From: Marsupella aquatica
Lineage: Eukaryota > Plantae > Marchantiophyta
Assembly (NCBI GenBank): GCA_973895155.1
Contig: OZ316896.1
Location: 434,001-498,000, forward strand
Direction of reading: 5' to 3'
DNA: 64,000 nt
Shown here: positions 61,372 through 64,000 of the stretch, one piece after another
How positions within the stretch are numbered: position 1 is the stretch's first letter
Layout of the letters: every line of letters begins with the position of its first letter
Notes under the pieces: model-generated
Told to the model about the DNA's origin: nothing
Database searches by the model: none
Seen by the model: only the letters and a program-made list of their open reading frames with translations
Program-made: the position numbers and the translations under genes

Positions 61372-64000
61372 AGTCGGGGGTATGCCCTGTGCACGTCATC
61401 TAGGAGAGCAGATGATGTGTGGATTCTTGATTGTGCTTGCTCTTTTCATATTTGTTACATTCGTGAGTTTTTCAGTTCTTACTCTATTTCAAACGGTTCA
61501 GTTCTGATGGGAAATGATCACTCCTGTTAAATTGAGGGAATTGGGTCTGTGAAGATTCAAATGTTTGATGGCGCTGTGCGCACAGTGTCCGGAGTCAGGT
61601 ATGTACCTGGCATGCGTAAGAATCTGATTTCACTCGGTGTGTTGGATTCAAATGGTCATCAATGGAGCGTTATTGATGGTGAACTTCAAGTCAGGTCGGG
61701 AGAGACAGTGATTTTGAAGGGGAGTAGACAAAAGAATTTGTATGTGTTACAGGGCAATACTGTATGTGGAGAGGCCAATGTAACCAAGTCTCACGAGGAG
61801 ATGACTCAACTGTGGCATTCACGGCTAGGCCACATGAGTGAGAAGGGTTTGGCTATCTTACGGAAGAATGGACTCATTTCTGATTTGCAATCTTGTAAAT
61901 TAGAGTTTTGTGAGCATTGCATTCTTGGAAAGCAGCATCGTCGTGCTTTTGGTGTTGGAACTCATCGTTCCAAAGTGGTTCTTGAGTACATACATAGTGA
62001 CGTGTGGGGTCCATCCCCGACTCCCTCACACTCTGGAAAGTTATACTATGTATCATTTATTGATGATTACTCAAGATTTGTGTGGATTTATTTCATGACG
62101 CATAAGTCTGATGTCTTGTCCATTTTTAAGAAGTGGAAGGCCCAGGTGGAGAATCAGACTGGAAACACGATCAAGTGTTTGGATACAAGGGTGAAGAGTC
62201 TGAGGTCAGACAACGGCGGGGAGTACGCTTCAATGGAATTTGAAGAGTACTGTTCAGAACAGGGGATAACTCGCCATCTCACCACAGTTTATACTCCACA
62301 GCATAATGGTGTCGCTGAGAGGCTCAATCGGACACTGTTGGAGCGGTCACAGAGTATGTTGAGCCAATCAGGTTTACCACAAGAATTTTGGGCAGAAGCT
62401 GTCAATACCGCAGCTTATTTGGTAAATCTTTCTCCTTCTAGTGCTATCAATTTCAAAACGCCGTTTGAGATGCGCTATAAGCGGCAAGCAGACTATCATG
62501 GCTTGGTAATTTTTGGAAGTGATGCATATGCTCTCACACCAAAGCAGAATAGGACCAAGTTGGATCCTACCTCCAGGAAATGTGTTTTTCTTGGGTACCA
62601 GAGTGGTGTGAAAGCCTATAGGCTATGGGATCCTATTGCCTGTAAGCTCGTTGTCAGTAGGGATGTTTCCTTCAATGAATCCAGATTATTGAAGGAGGGG
62701 GAGAATACTCAGGTCTCCCGTACTGACAAAGGAAAATCTCCTATCCCGGATCTCGTTGAGGGGGAGATTGGTTATGAGGTGCATGACCGGAGAGAAGGAG
62801 TTGCTCCAATTATGGAGCTGGTTCCTGTGCCAGAGGAACCAGAGGAGTTTGTTGATGCTGGTGAGCAGCAAGTGGATGCTGTTGAGCTTCAAATTGTACC
62901 AGCACACGCAGATCAACCGGAGTCATCGGCTAGAAGAACATCTGGTCGCACTGTACGCGCTCCATCAAGGTATGGACAGTGGGTTGATTCATCTCAACTG
63001 CAAGAGGATGATTTTACAGCTGATGATGAGGGTGATGCGTTAATTTTGGAAGAAGGAGAACCTTCTTCATTTCATGAGGCAAGTGCTTCAAAGGAGAAGC
63101 AGAAGTGGACTGCAGCAATGCAAACAGAGATGCAGTCACTAAAGGACAACAAAACTTGGGAGCTTGTTAAGCTGCCTAAGGGTCAGCAAGTGGTGGACAG
63201 CAAGTGGATTTACAAGCTGAAGGATAATTCCATAGGAGGTGGATCGAAGGTCTACAAGGCTAGATTGGTAGCAAAGGGATTCACACAAGAGGAAGGTGTG
63301 GATTACAATGAGGTCTTCTCACCAGTTGCTAATTACTCTACAATACGACTATTGTGTGTACTTGTTGTAATGTTTGGTCTGCTCCTAGATCAGATGGATG
63401 TTGTCACAGCTTTCCTCTATGGCACATTGGAAGAGGTGATCTTCATGAGACAACCGCTAGGTTTTGTGAAGAGAGGACAGGAGGAATTGGTTTGCAGATT
63501 GCTGAAATCCTTGTATGGGTTGAAGCAGTCACCAAGACAGTGGAACAAGCGGTTTGACGATTGGATTCGGTCACAAGGTTTTCACAGAAGTGTATTTGAC
63601 CCTTGTGTGTATTTGAAACCGGTGAAGAATGTTGTCTTTGGGTTCATTGTTTTAGTACTTTATGTGGATGACATGCTAATTGCAGCCAAGGATAGGTCTG
63701 AGATTGTTAAGCTCAAGGCACTGCTTAGTGCAGAGTTTAAGATGAAGGACTTAGGGCCAGCTAAGAGGATTTTGGGTATGGAGATCACTAGGGACTTGGA
63801 GGCTGGCAAGCTATGGTTGACGCAAAGCAGTTATGCGAGGAAGGTAATTGCAAGGTTCAACATGGAGAATAGCAAGCCAGTAAGTACCCCGTTGGCTCCA
63901 CACTTCAAGTTATCATCAGCGTTCTGTCCTACGGATGACACAGAGAAGGGGTTGATGTCAAAGGTTCCATATGACAAGGCAGTGGGGAGTCTCATGTATT
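61372..64000 (+). CDS. pol: copia Pol of element C, in frame with gag after the UGA; one premature TAA at 61528-61530
   Basis: WILDCACSFH, WHSRLGH...CEHC, IHSDVWGP, YKARLVAKG, YGLKQSPRQW, YVDDML. The frame appears open from 61531 to the window end. Confidence 0.88.

Larger units (their letters stand above)
58708..64000 (+). mobile_element. young Ty1/copia element C (runs off the window)
   Basis: 5' LTR at 58708-59182 (TG...CA), PBS tggtatcagagc at 59185-59196, gag at 60337-61371, then pol in the same frame. Confidence 0.96.

Overview
Nuclear DNA of a land plant (TTTAGGG repeats, GT-AG introns, plant-type genes; possibly a non-seed plant, but that is inference). Four host genes are supported: (1) an intact, highly divergent six-exon Argonaute (4213-12247) with a DEDH tetrad, AGO2/3/7-like PIWI features and a repeat-rich N-terminal extension; (2) a YaaW/UPF0174-like gene; (3) peroxisomal glycolate oxidase; (4) a plastid-targeted hypothetical ORF. 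About half the window is transposon-derived: three related Ty1/copia elements plus one remnant, several MITEs, a SINE-like element, LINE 3' remnants and a DUF7869/Sola-like transposase relic. Three observations stand out. (a) A ~4 kb TG...CA unit with a perfect 5-bp TSD looks like a solo LTR yet carries its own TATA promoter and a decayed ~870-codon ORF; a copia element is nested in it, and a MITE in the copia. (b) An in-frame UGA sits at the same gag/pol junction in all three copia copies from two diverged families, suggesting programmed readthrough or splicing. (c) The Argonaute itself is unusual. All exon joins, TSDs and alignments were done by eye; no database searches were run.
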